This document shows, one piece after another, positions 34,024-47,576 of a stretch of 64,000 nt of DNA; position 1 is the stretch's first letter; each line of letters starts with the position of its first letter. Origin of the DNA: Penicillus capitatus (lineage: Eukaryota; Plantae; Chlorophyta); assembly GCA_965649825.1 (NCBI GenBank), contig OZ287699.1, positions 186,001-250,000 on the forward strand, written 5' to 3'. A program made the translations under genes and the position numbers. The notes beneath the pieces were generated by a model. That model saw only the letters and a list, made by a program, of their open reading frames with translations, was not told where the DNA came from and did no database searches.

Positions 34024-36356
34024 TTAGATGGCGGCAATAGAGTTGTAAAGATCGAGATAGGACTGAACAGAAAGGTCCCACGAAAAATCGAGTCCCATGT
34101 TGTTGACGGAGATCTCTGTCCACTTTTGAGGTTCTTTCTGGAACATCTCTAGAGCGCGTCCAAGGCATCCGTCTAACGAAGCATCGTCCACACCCGTAAA
34201 CCCAAATCCATTTCCTAAACCGTCAATCACATATTCTCCAAAAGAGTGAGAGAGTGCGACAAACCGCCGTCTCCATCCAGGTCGATGTCATGGACAGTGT
34301 CAGCCAGTCCTCCAGTGAGACGCACGACAGGCAATGCACCATAGCGCATTGCTATCATCTGTGTCAGGCCACACGGTTCGAAGAGGGACGGCACCAAAAC
34401 GATATCCGATGCAGCGTAGATCAAATGGGCCAAGGCATCGCTATAGAGCATCAGGAGCCGGACATTGGGATCGTCTTTGAAAGCGTTTTCGGCCATGGAA
34501 CGGAAATCCCCGTCGGCATGGCCTGTGCCCAGCAGCACGAATTGACTGCCAGATTCGTGTGTGTGATAGACGCCGCGTCGGATGAGGTTGATGCCTTTCT
34601 GTGGGACGAGTCTGGAGATACAACTGACGAGCGGCTTCTTTGATGTGACTTCCAGTCCCAACCCCTGTCCTCCACGTCCCCCTCGCCCAGAGAAGGTCGA
34701 CAGATGCCCTCTTACTTTCTGTAGGTACTCTTTGCAGATGGCTTTGCCTTCAGGAGAAGCTGCAGAGAAGCTGGCTGGAAGGAAGATGTCGTTCGACGGA
34801 TTCCACTCGTCCACGTCAATTCCTAAGACCCATCCACCTGTCACATCACGAACCCGACAGCAGGGCATGACCGTTTAGAATGCCATGCATTTTGGAACGA
34901 ATTTCCGGTCGGCCGAGCAGTCCTCTCAGCCACCCAGCTGCCCCTCCATCCAGCACCTCCCGTGCATACGTCGGTGACACAGTTGTGACACAGTTGGCAT
35001 AGGTCATGGCCCCCTAGAACTGCTCAATAAGTAACAGACGATGGAAGAGTGTGACCGACCTTCATGAGACTGAGACGCTCAGGATTGTGACCGATCGTGC
35101 GTTCGTCCAGTGCTTTCTCCACTGTTGCAAAGACCTCCCCTGGTACGCCTACCAAACAACGGCAATCCATCATCCAGTCACACACCATTCGTCAACATAG
35201 CAGATTACCAGTGAAGCTGAATTCTTCCTGTCGGCATTCTCCGCTGTTATCCATGTTGTGAATAGTGAACATGATTCTCGGAATGGTCAGTACATCGTGA
35301 TGGTATCTGCAAAGCACAATGAGGCAGGTTACCTCTTCGCAGATTGCATCTCTCACCTCTCCCAGAAAAGCATCGAAACGGCGGCCGTCTGCCATTCATG
35401 AAGATGCAGAACGTGCGGTTGCCGATGCGTCACTTTCAAGAACTCCAAACAAGCTCTGTCGTACACAATAGAGTGACCAGTATGTCACACAATCTATCTC
35501 AGACCTACCTGCAGAAATAGAGATAAGCTTCCGCTTCGTTATATCCACCTCCGTAAATCCGACTGCCTTTGAAGAGATTCGTTTCTGCCCAATCCGGCCG
35601 GAGAAGAAACACCTGCACACCTAACGTCACATCGCATTCAAAAGAGTGAGACGAAGCTGACAGGAAGCGGCAACACCTGCAATTTTGCCTTTCCATACAT
35701 GTGTCTTCAGTGTCCCCATCATCAACTGACCGTCCCAGTTGTACCCCTTGGGACAGTCAAACGTCGTCTCTTCCTCTAAGTACTGGATCTGCTCATTGGG
35801 AAGGCACTCGTAGTACGGCAAGCAGACTTCCACCGTGTGGCCTCTCGCCAACGAGGCGCGTGCCAATCCCGTCACCACATCGGCCAATCCTCCAACCTGT
35901 CACATCACGCTCACTCTTTCGATTTGACGTTGGCAGCTCGACCTTCGCAATCGGTGCCATTTCGGCGGTCATGTGAACAACGTAGAGAGATTTCGCATCG
36001 GGTGGATCTTTCATAACAATCTCGGCTCCTCCCGTTATCAACGTTGTCCTCTCGACGCCGTGTTTCGCTGCTCGTGTCCAAAACGGTGGGCTCTCGTTTG
36101 GCGAGGGCCACTGGATCCCATCCCTCTCTTTCTTGACCGGACTCCGTTTCTTCGCCCCCGTCTTCTTCGGTGCCGTCGCCGTCAGCGTCGCGATCTGCTT
36201 TCGCAATTCAGCGTTCTCCCGACGGAGCCTCTGCAGCTCTGACGAAAGATTCTCCCCTTCCGCCCGACATCGAACGACTCCCCGAAGACCGACGCCCTTT
36301 CGACAGGTCACCAGCCGAGGACGCACCTCGACGAGACGCGTCGTGCTGAGTTCCAT
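34024..36356 (-). CDS. Soluble starch synthase (GT5), coiled-coil N-terminus, SS4-like; plastid transit peptide
   Basis: VHMTAEMAPIAK|VGGLADVV, FTIHN, RLVPQKG, VPSLFEPCGLTQMIAMRYG, TGGLADTV, GNGFGF. Confidence 0.95.
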
Positions 36357-36491
36357 CTGCACGACACAGCGCTTCGCACTTCATCGTATCTGTACGACAA
36401 CGCGGGGCGTCTTTGACTGTTCACGATTTTCCTTGCACGCAGGGTGACTGCCTCTCTGTGGAGACGACTCTCTGTCGCCTCCCATGCAGCA

Positions 36492-38135
36492 ATGGATCGA
36501 CGAACGTTGCGTCTCAAAGAAGTGACATCTCCTGCGTCCCCTGTGCCGTTCTGACCCTCCGACTGCAGCTCACGGAACTCAGAGTCGATGTCAAAGACAC
36601 GCAGAAGCTGAACCTTGCCGTAGAGCACCACCTGCCTGTCACCTCAAATCACTCCTGTCCATAACGCAGCTCAAGAGCGGCGAAGCCGAAGTGTTCGGTG
36701 CAGAGTTGGGATTGGGAGAGCGGCTGACCATTTCGGGCAAACGCCTTGCTGTCGGTGCATTTCTCACTCCATCGCTCTCTTCAGATCATCGTTTGCAGGT
36801 CTTTACCTATGCGGGATGTACGATCGAGGTCGAGGGTCACGCAGAGCTGCTCTACGAGTCCAAAGACACCCCCATGCAGTACTACCTCAACCTGCACCAT
36901 GTCCTCGATACGCGTCGGCTGGGGGCCAAGGAGGCAGGACGTCACGGTCCACGCGTCATCATTGTTCGCCCTGCTTCTCCGCAACGCCTCTCGCTACGAT
37001 CTCTTCTTCGAGGTCGGCGGGACGGACCGTGGCAAGAGCACCGTTTCGAAGATCCTGGTCAACTACGCCGTGCGCATGGGCTGGTCGCCAGTCTATGTGG
37101 ACTTGGATATGGGTCAAGGGAGCATCTCGCCTCCAGGGACGATTGCGGCGACGCCGGTTCAGTTGCCGATCACGATGGAAGATGGATATCCACTGGAAGT
37201 GCCGCTGGTCTACTTTCATGGACACAGCTCACCGGCCACCAATCCAGATCACTACAAGCTCCTGGTCGAAAGCATGGCATCGGTGCTGGAGAAACGCGCG
37301 GCCTTGAATCCGGGTGCCGCTCATGCCGGTACCATTATCAATACGATGGGATGGATCGAGGGACTCGGCTACGAATTCCTCATGCATTCCATTCTCACAC
37401 TTAAAGTCACAGGAGGCGATGTTAAGTGGACAGAGTGAGTGATGTGACGTGTAGGCCGATTTTGTACTGGTCTTGGATGACGATGCACTGTATCGATCAC
37501 TCGATACCGATCTTAGACGTAAGACACGAAATGCAAAAGAGTGAGAAGAGTGAGAAGTTGAATACAGGGGCATCATTGGAGTCCGTTCCGGTCTTGTTAC
37601 ACGTTCCAAAGTCGACGGGCATCGAAGTGCGGAACAAGAAGCAGCGGGCTGCCGCCAGAGCACAGCAGGTGCGGAATTATTTCTACGGCATCGGCAAGAA
37701 TCTCATGCCCCACCTTCAAACATGTCCCGCCTCCGAACTCCAAATCTTCAGGTACGTACACCACACCGCACACCTACGTTTCTCACGTACACGGCCAGAA
37801 TCGAACGGCAGCGCGGGATGGCCAGCCACATGGAGCGACCGGAGTGGTTGGGCATGACGCCGGTGAAACCGAGCAACGAAATCTTTAACTGTCTCATCGC
37901 TGTCTCGCACGCACGTAACCACGATGAGTTACTCTACTCAAGCGTTGCTGGGTTTATTTACATCCAGAACGTCCACGTTGATGTATTACCACCATCTCCG
38001 TTATCGCTCTCGCATGTGAAGTTGCGTTTCTAGGCGGAGGGCAACGGCACGGTGACATTTTTGGCTCCTTCTCCTGGCCCATTGCCAGGAAAGCTCCTTC
38101 TGATCGGCTCGATCGAGATTCTGAACCTCTCTTAA
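36492..38135 (+). CDS. CLP1: Clp1 polynucleotide 5'-kinase / mRNA 3'-processing factor
   Basis: GEAEVFGAEL, AVFTYAGC, DTPM..Y.NLH, P-loop VGGTDRGKST, LVNYAVR, DLDMGQGSISPPG, GTIINTMGWIEGLGY, APSPGPLP. Confidence 0.95.
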
Positions 38136-39622
38136 CACGGCTGGATGTGACGGAAGACATCGTGGACGAATCCCGTCGGATAACGTTGCCGACGACGTTG
38201 TCGATCGGAGTTGTACATATCCGGGGTCACACATCGATCCCCTGAATCGATCGTGACATTCCACGTTTGCTTTTGACTGTAAACTGTCAATGTGTACGCT
38301 GTGGCTCTCAAAATCGCAAACTGCGAGAGGAACTCTGTGGCAAATGCCCTCCGACCATCGATCTGTCGACGAAACCCTTCGATTCCCTCTTGTTCTCTAA
38401 ACAGCCTTTGTCTCGGCAATAGAGCGAGGCGCGGGGATCGTATCGTACGTGTATTGCTGGAGGGTGCGATGGACAGTGGGGAGGAGATTGGCGAGGTCGT
38501 TTTTGAAGGGAATCGTCAGATTGCGGCCTTCGATGAGATGCGCGAAGTATTCTTTCCACGGAGAGGATTGTTTGAGGATTGGCGTGTTGAAATAGATCAG
38601 TCGTGAGAATCGATCACTCCAGGCATTGCCATCGACATCCAACACTGCCATGTATCGACTGAAATCATCCATCGACAGATACCTCTGCAATGGCGCCACC
38701 TGTGCCAGAATCCGTCGGATCTCCGAGTCGCTTTTGTCCAACTTGGAGATCACACAAATCCGGTATTGAGTGAGAATGTGTAAAAAGAGTGAGATCTTAC
38801 TTGGACATACTTTGTGACACCGACATCCAGTACATGCGGATAGTCAATGCCCATCATTGCCAGACGGATGCGTGTGACGTTCATGACATTTGACGAGGAG
38901 AGCGTGCGATTGCCTGTTGTGGATCCGCGCCATACTGCCTTGGTCACGCGACTGCTGTCGAGTGGGTATTGCGCATCGAGACAAGTCACAAATTTTTGGA
39001 GCTGTGCAGGGCCAAAGGCGTTATTGAAAGCTGCGTGGGAAGGAATCGTAAATCCACCACGTGCACCGCAGCGATCGTGAATGCTGTAGGCGATAAAAGG
39101 CAATCCACACGGAGTGATGTCGTCGATCGAGAAGACAGCCTCTGTGTCTGGGATGTCGAACACGTGCAGTGTGAACAGGAGCTGGTTGAGCAATGTTCCG
39201 ATCCTGTCACTGTACATAAGGCATCGCACACCTTTTCTTGTACTTTGAGGACTGTACTTTCTAAGCTTGTGATCCAAGGGGGAGTTCGGATTCTCTTTTG
39301 TGTAAAGTCGATTGTGGATGATCTTGAACGTTATTGAGTTCTGCCGAATGGCGAGGGCTCCCTCCAAATCCGACGGCAGAATGTCGCCTTTCCAACGGTA
39401 GTAAGCGTAGGGCGGGCCATCAGGATCGATATTCTGATGCCTCTGTCGAAAATGCGCTGTATACGCTTCCTTTTGTTTCCGAGCGAGGCGCCGACATGGA
39501 GACTCGACTCTGGCGCCAAGGAAAGGAAGGGATGGTGCCTGTAACAACTGTAGCAATGATAGAACGACCACCGCTGCAAGCAGAACGCGCCCTAATACAA
39601 CAAAACGCTTTACCCGAGCCAT
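38132..39622 (-). CDS. Glycosyltransferase family 90 (CAP10-like), type II membrane protein
   Basis: N-terminal TM; DIPDTEAVFSIDD, KAVWRGSTTG, R.RLA, LDVG, LDVDGNAWSDRF, PWKEYF. Confidence 0.85.
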
Positions 39623-39753
39623 ACCGTGTCCCAGAGAACAAGGCAGTCCTTATCACCTGTGTCAGTCAGATCATCCGTCACATCATCACCTCGCCGCGGT
39701 CGACGCCACGGACAGCGTGTTTGGAGCAACTCGGCTGCCGAGTTCTTCAGGAA

Positions 39754-41512
39754 ATGCACCTACCCCATGCCTTCTTCCGTGCCGTTCAGCTGTCTGGACT
39801 CTACCAAGACAGCAAGACCTTCATCGACCGGCCGGCTCGATACATCTACGACGATATGGAGTCGCGCTGGGCGACGTTTCACCGCGACTGGGATGGCTCA
39901 ACATCCTCTTTGCGTCACTTCGTCGAGCACGTCACATCACCCGAAGGCTCCGACCTGATGCAGGTCGTGCCGGACGATTGGCGAGAGAAAAACGAGTCCT
40001 GGCTCCGCGACGCCTGTCTGGATGATCATCTCCGTCAATGGGCTCTCTATCTGCATCGCATGTGGAAACAACTCTGCCGAGTCACACGCATTTCGCCCAA
40101 GGAGGCATCGCAGCATTCGCTCCTCCCCTTGCCTCGGCCGTTCTTCATCCCGGGAGATCGATTTCGCGAGATCTATTACTGGGACTCGCACTGGACCGTA
40201 CTCGGATTGATCGTTAGCGAGATGTACGACTCGGCGATCGACCACATCGAGTGCTTGCTCGTCTTGCTCGAGCGCTACGGCTTCGTCCCGAACGGCGGAC
40301 GGCATTACTACACCAACCGAAGTCAACCGCCCCTCCTCAGCATGACGCTGCGTGCTTTGTACGACGAAGCTCTGCATCACGTACCCCCGATCGGCACTCC
40401 TTTCTCACTCATTTTGTGTGAGATTCCAGGCCGAGGAGAAAACGCAGAAAAGGATGGCGGCCGTCGTTCAACGAGCGCTGCCTTTGCTCATACGCGAATA
40501 CCGTTTCTGGACCTCCCCTCCACACGGCGTCTCGGCAAAGGGCCCGTCCTCAGGGAAGACGCACGCACTGTCGCGATACTATGCTCAAACAGAAGATCCT
40601 CGGGCGGAGTCTTACCGTGAAGATCTGGCGACGCTCGAGTCCATGTGCGACGATGAGAAGCGACCCGCCGGTGCGCTCTTTCGCGACATCGCTACGGCGG
40701 CGGAGTCTGGACACGATTTCTCTTCGCGATGGTGTTCGGATCCGACCAGACTGGACACCATCCAGACGACCCGTGTCCTTCCTGTAGACCTTAACGCCTT
40801 TCTCTACGCCCTCGAATGCAACATTGCATACTTCGCCGTCGCACTCGACGCCTGCGATGGTCCCGCAATAGCCGAGAGCTACGACGAAGCTGCTCGACGC
40901 CGACAAGAAGCTTTCGACGATCTCTTCTGGAACGCTGTCACCTATCAATGGCGTGATCTCTTGTGTGAGACCTCCCCTCTGTAGCCTTCCCCTAACGCGT
41001 ATGCTTTCCTAGTGTGCAATGAGGAGGGCGTCGCTGCGGGTCGAGATGGATACTTAGTAAACCTCGTCCCTTTGGCGTGCGGTATTGCGCCGCCGGAGCA
41101 GATCGCTGTGACCTCTATGACCCATGCCCTGCGTCAATCGCCTTTGCTAAGTCCAGGTGGATGCGCCACCTCGCTCGTGGATTCCGGACAGCAATGGGAT
41201 GGGCCAAACGTCTGGCCGCCGTTGCAATGCCTGATCGTGGAAGGCCTGATGGCGCTCGAGAAGACATCCCCGTCGTGCGGCGCTCAAGAGCTTGCTTGCG
41301 AAATCGTCCAACGATTTCTTAACAACGCCTATCAAGGCTACCAACATCATGCGTGTATGTTTGAAAAATATCACTGTCAGAACATCGGCCGTCCGGGTTA
41401 CGGAGGAGAGTATCCAACACAGATGGGTTTTGGATGGACGAATGGGGCAGTCTTGTGGCTGCTAAGACTGCGTTGCCGTATGGACAACAAATCACTTTCG
41501 CTTGACCCATAA
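39754..41512 (+). CDS. TRE1: Alpha,alpha-trehalase (GH37)
   Basis: DSKTFID, PGDRFREIYYWDS, GFVPNGGRHYYTNRSQPP, AAESGHDFSSRW, PVDLNAFL, QQWDGPN.WPP, MFEKY, GGEY..Q.GFGWTNG. Start codon uncertain. Confidence 0.95.
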
Positions 41513-41791
41513 ACCCTGTAATATAGCAGATCTGTCAGATGTGCTTCGTCAGATCCATCAGACATCGTCCCATCGAAGTTATCTAAGGCGTTGTGCGCAA
41601 CGTCGTCCAGTACTTTGGCTACTGGGTCGAAAAATGCTTGACGAAAAAAACAGAAAGAAATAGAGAATCGGAAAACGGCAGATACGATCGTCATCCGGCG
41701 AAAACGGCAGAGGGCTTGAACGGGAATGGAAAGTGTGAGAAAGGAATGAGATGTCTAAGGAGATGACGATTCGGCAGCGGCAGTGTCATCT

Positions 41792-44700
41792 TTATTCTCT
41801 TCTCTTCTGCCGCTGCCGCTTTTCTGTAGCTTCTCCTGAAGGCTCTCTTTCAACTTGGCAGCATTGATGCTTGATAGGAGCTTCACCTACAGCATTCTCA
41901 CATCCACATATCATTCGTATGGCATACAGATCATACGCGCTCGATGGCTCTCTCTGGGATGTACTCGGCCTTCTCTAGACGAAGTTTGACGATGATCAGC
42001 TGATCGTATGCCACGAGAAGACGGTAGACAAAGAGGCCGACCATGAAGACGTTCGTGGCGATAATGATGATGCTGAGCACCACTTTGCCTCCATACGAGG
42101 TGTTGGGATCTCGGAACACGACGCCGCTGTAGAAGATGAAGATCGACGCCAGCAGGGAGAGGGATTCGAGCAGATTGAGCGAGGCGTATTTGTAAGGCTG
42201 TGCCAGAAACTGAGCAAGCAATGCGAAGATCAGAATGCCCAGAGCGATGGCCGACTGCAGATTGGGCCCCAAGTCGTATGCATAGACGATCACGGCCGCC
42301 ATGGACACCTTCCTCAGCATGATGATCGACTCCCAGAACACGAACTTCGCCTGATACGACTGATAGACAAATCCATACGTGTTCAGGCACTGCGGCTCGA
42401 GCACCACTCCACGGTGTCTCTTGTAGAGCAAGAAGAGGGCTAAGCCGATGGGTATGCCTGCCGTAATGATGAGCAGTCCAGGAATGCCGAGAATGCCGGC
42501 GACGAGGCCGTGCGATCCTTCCCAGCACACGTGCTGCGTGTCTTCTGCCCAGTAGCTGTCACGGGCTGTGGCGTAATCGGCATAGCGCTGGATGGTCAAC
42601 GGAGCGTCTGGATCTTCGGGATTCGGATCGTCCAGCGATACACAGTTGACAATCCGCATGAGCATCTCCGTTATCGTATCGTAGGCGAAGAAGATACCGA
42701 CGATGAATCCGATGATGGCACGGCGTCTGGCGTTGTCTTTATCGTCGATGTGCTTGATGTGATTGACCAGAATGTACAGCGCTGTTAGGACGAGGGGAAA
42801 GAGTGTCCGCAAGACGATGCCGACGATGGTGCGATCATCAAGATCCTCAAACAGACATTCCATTGGAGCAAAGGAGGCTCCGCTGGAAATGCTGGAGACG
42901 GAATCTAAAAGCAGCAATGTGTGGGCAGCGCTCGGCAAAGAGTGATAGCGTGCCTTCGATGACGAGAAGGAACCTGATGGATCGTGTCCAGGAGGCATTG
43001 ATGCCGACACCCACGGCTGTGATCTGAAAGAAATTGGTCAGAATCTACACGACATCGATGATAAGAGTGAGAAAGTGTGAGGCTCTGAGCAGACTTTAAT
43101 CGTTTCGGAGACGATCTCTGCTGCCATGATATGATCCACATTCAGATCCCCAGAAGTGGCGTACTTCTCCGTCAACGGACTCTGGCTGCTGGGCGATTGG
43201 TCCCCCGTCACATCATCCCCTTCTGAGGATGGACTACACACAACACGTCTTGCTCATGAGCGGTAAAGGCAATCTTCCGGGGTACCCTCCAGTATGACTG
43301 TCTGTCGGCTGCCGTGGCATTGACGAGCGCAGACCTCTGCCTCTTTGTGAAGGACGCATTCCGATCTGGCTTTTGCCGCCCGTCTTCATTCCTCCTCTCG
43401 CTGTGTTCATCGTCAATGCACGCACCAGTCGCATGTCATGCATTTCACGGATGGTGTCGAAAGCGGCTCTGGCAGTGCTGACGAGCAAAAAGAGCGTCCA
43501 GAGACAGACGACGCCGATCAGAATGGCCGTGAGCCACACCTGACGGCACTCCACGCACTCTCCATCGATGACATGACCATAGCCCTTGACACAGGATCCA
43601 CAGAGCGGCCCTGTGTACTCTTCTGCACACTGCGGGTATTCCTCATTGGACACCGTGGCTTGACTGGGCACCAGGGAGGCGGATTCTTTGTAGTAAGCTT
43701 CCAGCCGTTTGCGGCGGCCCTTGTACTGACAGGCCTCTTCAAGAAGGCACTCGTGCATGATGGGCGAGTAGGGTGTCGAATGCCAGTAGCCCGACACCGG
43801 AATCAGCACAGCCTTGCCACTGCATCGGGCATTGTCAGGGCATCCATCGCAAGGATAGCTGTAATTAAAACCAAATTGCTCTTGATCACACGGATCACAG
43901 ATATGCCGCGTATCATCGATCTCAATCTTCGATTCTCCAGCAAAACATTGACGGATCGAGATTTGCTCAAAGACGACGTCAGCTTGTCCATCACGAGGGA
44001 CAAAAGTAAGGGAGTGGATAGAAGCGTTGCCGATCGCCGTTGCCTTGGAGAAAACGACGCTGCCGCTCTCGGCGGTGGCGACACGTTGCCCGGAAATGGT
44101 GACGGAATCGATGGAGACAGACATGTTGGCATCACTGATTCCACCACGCACGGTTTGGCCGAAGACGTCCTGTACGTCCAGCTGGATCGTCGGCAGATCG
44201 TCTCCACTGTTGTGTCCTTCAACCAGCAAAGCTCCGGCTGTCACATCGGGTCTTCGGATCACTAGAGACGCAGCACGGGTGGCAATGTCCTCGCCAAAGC
44301 CTCCCTTTTCGACAGCGTTCGCGGACAAGGCATTCCACTCGGCTGGCGAAATGCCAGACAGCTGAACAAAACGACCGTTCTCTGAGGCATCGACGTAGGC
44401 CGATACTGGATGCGAGACAAACAGCGCGCCGCCAGCTGCCGTGGCTTTATTGGATGTGAAGGCGGTGGACGAGATGGCGAAGCTCTTGCACGGCTTCGAC
44501 GTGAGCGACTCTACTGCTGTGCCTTCCGATTTACATGTTGCGATCCAGTCCTCCTCCTCAGGCGTTGCTGCGAAAACGGCACCTCCGACGAAGGCCTTGT
44601 TGCGCGTCATTGTCACATCGGAGATCTCGATCTCCACGGGCGCCTGTTCCGGTACCTGCGTAGCGAGCACGCACACAGCGCCGCCGCCGCCAGGATGACA

Positions 44701-46713
44701 GGCGTCAAAGCTCTCGGGATCCAACAGGACGTCCTCCACTGTGCTCTCTGGTGTCTTCTCCTGCATTAAGGTTCTTAAGAAGAGCAGTCGACGACCGAGG
44801 GCTGTCGTTTCGATCTGGACATCCGGGAGGTCCAGTCGATCAATGCCGGCATCTCTGATCGTCCGCACCGCTTCGTTACCTCGGAAGACTGCTTGGCGAA
44901 TGCGCACGAGGTTGTTGATAGGACTGGAAGGCCGAACATGGATGGCTCCTCCCGCCAATGCCCTGTTCCGAACAAACGCATTTCTGCCGTCATCTACTGA
45001 GTAGAGCTCGAAATTCGAGACGCTGTCCACGTAGACAGCGCCGCCACGCCGTGCGGCATTGCTTTCGAAGTAGTTCGTCTGTAGCGTCGTCTGTCCAGAA
45101 GGAAGAGAGGCCAGGAGACACAGTCCTCCGCCGTTTCGGCCAGCACGATTTCGATAGTATCGCACACCTTGCAGAACAACCTGCCCTGCTCCCAGGAGAA
45201 ACAACCCTGCCCCATCCAACGCCGCATTCTCGGTGAAGTAGACGTCCAGGTCGATCCCGTCGAATGGCCCTTTGAAGAAGACTGCACCAGCGCCATTGGT
45301 CAACATAACGCCGCCGCCGGCCGTAGCTCGGTTTCGGTTGAAACGCACATTCCGCAGACGTGCCTACATAGAGTGATCACACAGGTATTGATGCGACGGA
45401 TAGGACGTCTTACGGAAATGACGTTGCGCATCAGGATCGCGCCGCCAGCCAGTTGGGCCTCGTTGTCTTCGAACTGACTGTTTTCGATGCTGATCTCCGT
45501 GACGAGTTCCGTCACGGCGTGAATCGCCCCGCCATAGGAGGCCGTGTTGTTGCGGAAGACGCATCGATCGATTCGGGCACGACTCAGGACACTCGTAAAT
45601 ACGACGTAGATCGCCCCTCCCGCTTCCAGATCGGTCACACGATCTTGCGACGCATCGTCCACTGAGGTCACACGATTACGAACGAAACTGCATTCCACGA
45701 TAATCACGTCGTCGTTATCGCTGACGTAGATGGCGCCTCCGGCAGGCACGGCTGTATTTTCTTCAAAGTCCGTTTTCTCGATCCGGACGCTGGAGTAGCC
45801 GTGGACATAGATCGCCCCTCCCGATGGCGTTGGGGACGGAAACTTGAGAAAGACGGCGTTTTCCAGAGGGGCGCCGTTGCTTAGCGTGAGTCCCGTCGGA
45901 TCTTCGCCGCCAGATACATCTCGATTGCGTCGAAAACGGCATTTCTTGATCGAAACGCTTGCAATTGTCCCGAAAAAATTCTCCGTCAAGCCTGCCGCGA
46001 TGGCCCCTCCGGCAATGGACGCTTCGTTCTCCTCAAACAGCGTTTTCTTGACATTCAAACTTCCAGCACCGTCGACCAGAATGCCACCGCCCGTCGATGC
46101 TTTATTTCGACGAAATTCGCAATTCTCGACCACTGCCTGTGTACCGGCACCGACGGTTAGTCCCCCTCCTTTGACATCCCTAGCATTCGGATCGGCAACA
46201 TTGTCAAGGAACTGGACTCGGGTGAAATTGACGCGAAGGTTTCTGAAACTGTACACGGTATCGATATCGAAAGGATCATATACGACATCCGGATTCAACA
46301 GCGTCACGGCACCGCCGAGGCATTCTTCAAACGTCAGGTTGACGACATCCACCCCAGTCGCCCGAATCTCCACACGGCCGTCATCTCGACAGCGAATCCG
46401 CGTCGCTGTGGCGTTCGCACCGATTAGACGCACGCCGCGACTCTGAATGCTGAGCACTGTGTCGAGGGAGACGCTCTCGACGGCGAACAAAAACGTAGTG
46501 CGCGGTGTCGCCTCAGCAATGCGTTGGGCAAAGTCGCCGGCATCGATCTCATTAATCGTGACCGTCTCCGAGTTGGCACCTATTTAAAGCACGCTCATCT
46601 TGCGAGCGACATTCTAGCATCGTGAAGGACGGACTCTGCGCAGCGGCGTTGCGGCTGAGTGCGAAGAGGGTGCAGAGAAGGAGAAGGCGATAAAGTGGAG
46701 GTCTTGTTTTCAT
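41792..46713 (-). CDS. Large membrane protein: signal peptide, PMP-like GGA[IV]/FxxN beta-helix repeats, Cys-rich region, multi-TM C-terminus
   Basis: Repeated N.A..GGA[IV] motifs; C..C..CPDNARC, GYWH, GPLCGSC; YGFVYQSY..KFVFWE..MLRK plus several hydrophobic segments. Five short introns restore the frame. Confidence 0.85.
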
Positions 46714-47576
46714 TGCGTTCGCTTTGCGCAAGAGCATCTGCGAGGCAGTGCGAAAAGCGAGGTCGTCCATACGGTCGAACCACGTCAAGAAAGCCGCACC
46801 CACTATCCGCCGTCATTTCAATCCACGTGATCCGCTGGCCATACGACAGCGACGTCTGATGCGTCAGACGTCGCTGTCGGCGTCAACGATCTCACTCTTT
46901 CATCGAGATGCCGTTCATTGTCGAGCGCGCTGTCGAGACGATGTGACATGTCCTATGGGTTCAGTTACACAATCACGCGATCGCTTCCTGAGCTTGAATG
47001 TATGATGAGCCGTTTTCGCAACAGAATGATCTCAATGCACCACCACTGAGCGTTTCCAATGCCCCCCATTATCCATTTGCCGAAATTATTCCCTTCTAAA
47101 CAAGGGCAAGCGCTAAACAATGGAATTCCGACACTCGAAGTGCAAAACATTCACATTGTTATTATTGATGGGTTCGATTGATATCACTCAAGTGCGGTCG
47201 TCATGCCTCTTTGGCTACAGCTTGCATACGCAGGTGACCACCGACAGAAATAACAGATTATCAGGCAGTCGAGCAACAACGCCATCTGCCGCTTTATGCC
47301 CCCTCACATCATGGCAGACCCGGATGGAGTACGTCATGCCCCATGACAGCTAAGCCAACGGCAAATGGGCTCTGTCATAGACGGCCCTCATTATGTCAAT
47401 TGCGTTCGTAAAAAAGTAATGAAAGTGTGCTATACTTAATGAATATCCTCACGTCACGTCATGTCCCATGAGTGTGTGATCCATCATCAACTTTATCTCA
47501 ACTCAATTTTGAAAGTACTAGACATCCGGTGGGCAGTGTGATTGGTAAGGAAGGGGAAATGATCTCTGGCAGAGCA

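Noticed and set aside
39334-39753. N-terminal extension of trehalase overlapping GT90 in antisense
   Set aside because: The frame is open but lies opposite the GT90 first exon. Trehalase similarity starts only near 39754, so a long overlap is unsupported without TSS data.
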